Source: Pseudobacteriovorax sp.
Lineage (GTDB): Bacteria > Bdellovibrionota_B > Oligoflexia > Oligoflexales > Oligoflexaceae
Assembly: GCA_050293845.1 (NCBI GenBank)
Contig: JBNKNM010000112.1
Location: 1-17,349 of the forward strand
DNA: 17,349 nucleotides
Reading direction: 5' to 3'
Shown here: positions 14,685 through 17,349 of the stretch, in pieces
Layout of the letters: every line of letters begins with the position of its first letter
Numbering within the stretch: position 1 is the stretch's first letter
The notes under the pieces: model-generated
Seen by the model: the letters and a program-made list of their open reading frames with translations, nothing else
Database searches by the model: none
Told to the model about the DNA's origin: nothing
Made by a program: the position numbers and the translations under genes

Positions 14685-17228
14685 ATGAAGCGATATCAAC
14701 TTCAGTATATGCCAGTATTATTTGGTTTTTTTCTGAGTTTGAGGGGCTTTTCGCAAGGCCAAACTGAAAAACGCGAGAAAACAACTAAGCGACACCAAAG
14801 ACCTATATTTCTGGTTGGTTCAAGGATCAACAGCTCCGCCACTGAAGGAGCTGTTGATGTGATCACAATAACCAGAGATTCTCTGATGTCATTCGGCTAC
14901 TACTCGCTTGCTGACGTCATTAGGGACTTGCCACAAAACTCATTTGGTAATTTTTTTGACAAAAACACTGATACTAAGGCACCTGGTTTACTAGGTGTTG
15001 GTAGTTCCCATACGCTGATATTGGTGAATGGTCGTAGGGTCGTGAAAGATGCCAGTACAGAACTCGCTGATATATCTATGATTCCCTTGGCTGCCATCCA
15101 AGAAGTTCAAATTCTACAGGGAGGAGCATCAGCTATTTATGGGTCTGATGCTTTTGGCGGTGTTATCAACATCATCACGCGCAAAGATTTTAATGGCACG
15201 ACTCTTTCAAGTTCCTATGCAACGACCAAGCTCGGAGGTGGCGAAGAGGCAATAGCTACCGTTGTTTGGGGAAGCCGCTCCGGTCATGATACAACTTTCA
15301 GTATGGTTCAATATCAAAAGAGTCAACCATTGTTTTGGCGTGACAGGGGGTGGACGGATAGTACAAAACAGTTTGCTATAGGAGATCCGGCTGCTTATTT
15401 AAGTCAAGATGGTAACTTTTATACCGTAAATTCAGAACAATGCAGTGTATCGGAGAGAACTGAGTTTATCCCCTGTAGAGATAATGGATCTGGTGATTGG
15501 AATTACTTTCAAAATGAATTGGGGCAGCTGACTGCTTTTAATCAATATCGTAGAACTCTCGGCGAAAACCATGAGTTCAGCACTAATTTTTTCTTTTTGA
15601 ATAAGGAAATAGAGGGAACTCATGGATCAAATTACTTAAATAATTATCCTGTGCCCCTAGCGTTGCTAGACGGTTTAACCCTATTGGCTCCCCCCCGGTC
15701 TATCGGCAATTTTGTTTTAGCCCAAGGGGTTCTCAATGCTGCTGGACCCAGGATCAGCCATAGTTCTATCAGGACTTATAGTCTAGAGACTGGACTACAG
15801 GGCTTTGTTACCGATACTATCGATTATGCAGCACAAATTTCCTTTGCAGACAGCAGTTTTCAACGTGAAACAAAAAATGCTTTAATTATGGAAGAGCTTT
15901 TTGAAGCTATGGAAGAGGGAAAATTTAACCCTTTTAAGCCTCGTGGTGAACAAGGTTCCCTTGAGTCTGCAAAAATCAACCTTTATGGGAGTCATAGGAC
16001 TCAACTTACAATGCTCGACTTTGGTTTGTCTGGTGTAATGCTGGATAACTGGGCTGGTGAAGTTGAGTTTGCTAGCGGGTTTAATCTTGTTAAGGAGAGT
16101 ATGAAGGTTGACGATGGCCAAGCAGTGCTGCCGGATGATGAGGGGAACTTTCGCATTTTGGGTTACTCCGGAACGAGTAGGGGTGCGGAAAGGAAGGTGG
16201 CTTCTGCTTATCTGGAAATGAAGTTTCCTCTTCTCGCTGACCTGAATTTCACCACTGCTGGACGAGTGGATCAATTTTCCGATGTTGATCATAAAACGAC
16301 ACCAGCAGTTTCTTTGGAATATCGACCTACTACAGCTTTAACCTTCAGAATAGCTTATACCGCGGGCTTTAAAGCTCCCACTCTTGAACAAATAAACACC
16401 CCCCGATCTCAGGAGTTCAGCTTTGGCCGTGATTATAGGGTTTGTGGAGTCCCTTCTGAGAGCGATAGCGGATATTGTGCAGGTTTACAGCCGGTGAATA
16501 CCTACGCGGGAGGGAATAAAAAATTAAAACCTGAAACATCGCAAACCACTAGTTTAGGTTTTGCATGGGATCTGTCCCAAAATTTCAGAGTAACCGGCTT
16601 TTTATACAACCTAGAAACGGCAGATGAAATTACCTCAATTTCTATTGAGGAAGCCCTTAGTCTTGAGGCCGATCATAAACTTCCCAACGATGTAAACATT
16701 ACGCGGGATGATTTGGGAAAGCTTGTGAGCATCGAATTGCCTTTTTTGAACCTAGGTAAAAGAAAATCCCAGGGCTATAATATCGGTTTAGCTTACCGTC
16801 TGGAAACCAGACTGGGCCGACTCGTTATCGATGAAAATCTAGCTGTCAAGACGATTTCTCGATGGCAAAATGCTTCTGGTAGAAATTATGATAACGATCT
16901 GCAAAGGCAACCCAAATGGCGAAATAAAGCTAGTGTATCTTGGAAATTTGCCAATCATAGTTTAAGTTTAGTGAATCATCATATTGATGCCAAGCGCTGG
17001 AGAGCTGATGGCACCCCTAAAGTTCCCTCTTTCAACTATTGGGATCTGCACTGCAGTTATGGCTTTGCGCGGGAATCAAGCATACGCATCGGTAGTACTA
17101 ATATGACTCAAGTAAAGCCACCTGTGGACTCCTCTAGCGCTGCAGGTCTTTCTCGGGGGATTACTCCTTCGCTATATGGGGTTAAGGGGCCAAGCTACTA
17201 TGTTAGCTTTGATTATTCCTTATTTTAA
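14685..17228 (+). CDS. TonB-dependent outer-membrane receptor, substrate unknown
   Basis: Signal peptide and TonB-box-like IFLVGSRI. Plug motifs TLILVNGRR and DISMIP.AAI..V.IL.GGASAIYGSDA.GGVINIITRK. Barrel motifs GFKAPTL and GN..LKPETS; C-terminal Phe. Confidence 0.95.
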   Translation: MKRYQLQYMPVLFGFFLSLRGFSQGQTEKREKTTKRHQRPIFLVGSRINSSATEGAVDVITITRDSLMSFGYYSLADVIRDLPQNSFGNFFDKNTDTKAPGLLGVGSSHTLILVNGRRVVKDASTELADISMIPLAAIQEVQILQGGASAIYGSDAFGGVINIITRKDFNGTTLSSSYATTKLGGGEEAIATVVWGSRSGHDTTFSMVQYQKSQPLFWRDRGWTDSTKQFAIGDPAAYLSQDGNFYTVNSEQCSVSERTEFIPCRDNGSGDWNYFQNELGQLTAFNQYRRTLGENHEFSTNFFFLNKEIEGTHGSNYLNNYPVPLALLDGLTLLAPPRSIGNFVLAQGVLNAAGPRISHSSIRTYSLETGLQGFVTDTIDYAAQISFADSSFQRETKNALIMEELFEAMEEGKFNPFKPRGEQGSLESAKINLYGSHRTQLTMLDFGLSGVMLDNWAGEVEFASGFNLVKESMKVDDGQAVLPDDEGNFRILGYSGTSRGAERKVASAYLEMKFPLLADLNFTTAGRVDQFSDVDHKTTPAVSLEYRPTTALTFRIAYTAGFKAPTLEQINTPRSQEFSFGRDYRVCGVPSESDSGYCAGLQPVNTYAGGNKKLKPETSQTTSLGFAWDLSQNFRVTGFLYNLETADEITSISIEEALSLEADHKLPNDVNITRDDLGKLVSIELPFLNLGKRKSQGYNIGLAYRLETRLGRLVIDENLAVKTISRWQNASGRNYDNDLQRQPKWRNKASVSWKFANHSLSLVNHHIDAKRWRADGTPKVPSFNYWDLHCSYGFARESSIRIGSTNMTQVKPPVDSSSAAGLSRGITPSLYGVKGPSYYVSFDYSLF

Positions 17229-17349
17229 CTTTTCTGATCCCGATGATTTGAGCCGCGTCGCTAGAGGTTCCATCGCAAACTTGTAACTATCGAAAATACC
17301 TGATACCTTTATCAAGCTAAACAGGTCTTGAGGTGTCAAATGGTTAGTT

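Noticed and set aside
15690..15696. C7 homopolymer in the TonB receptor gene as a phase-variation site
   Set aside because: Too short and the ORF is intact; explained by Ala-Pro-Pro codons.
7765..16292. Remaining antisense ORFs within the EEP, ABC and TonB receptor genes, plus 4834-5037
   Set aside because: They lie opposite confident CDSs and have no independent evidence.
17330..17349. Possible start of the next gene (GAGGTG-N4-ATG at 17340)
   Set aside because: Only three codons are visible, so it cannot be supported.
1..17349. CRISPR array, tRNA/rRNA, transposase, integrase or phage genes
   Set aside because: No regularly spaced repeats, cloverleaf/rRNA signatures or mobile-element motifs were seen.

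Overview
Bacterial DNA from a Gram-negative (diderm) organism, judged from the TonB-dependent receptor, outer-membrane barrel and lipoproteins; the taxon cannot be fixed from sequence alone. There are four blocks. (1) 1-4256 (+): the 3' part of a tightly packed tryptophan/kynurenine catabolic operon, comprising a partial RidA-family 2-aminomuconate deaminase (missed by the ORF track), 3-hydroxyanthranilate 3,4-dioxygenase, ACMSD, kynureninase and kynurenine 3-monooxygenase. (2) 4603-9015 (-): three accessory envelope genes, namely an apparently broken ricin-B lectin gene, a 633-aa lipoprotein with two CxxCH motifs and unknown function, and a secreted sphingomyelinase-like EEP hydrolase fused to a jacalin lectin. 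Long perfect inverted repeats lie in the intergenic gaps. (3) 9214-14291 (-): a five-gene operon encoding a LolA-like periplasmic protein, two FtsX/LolC-E-type permeases, a LolD-like ATPase and an outer-membrane beta-barrel. (4) 14685-17228 (+): a divergently transcribed TonB-dependent receptor. No rRNA, tRNA, CRISPR array or mobile element was seen. The best candidates for uncharacterised biology are the Lol-paralog trans-envelope transporter with its neighbours and the di-heme lipoprotein.
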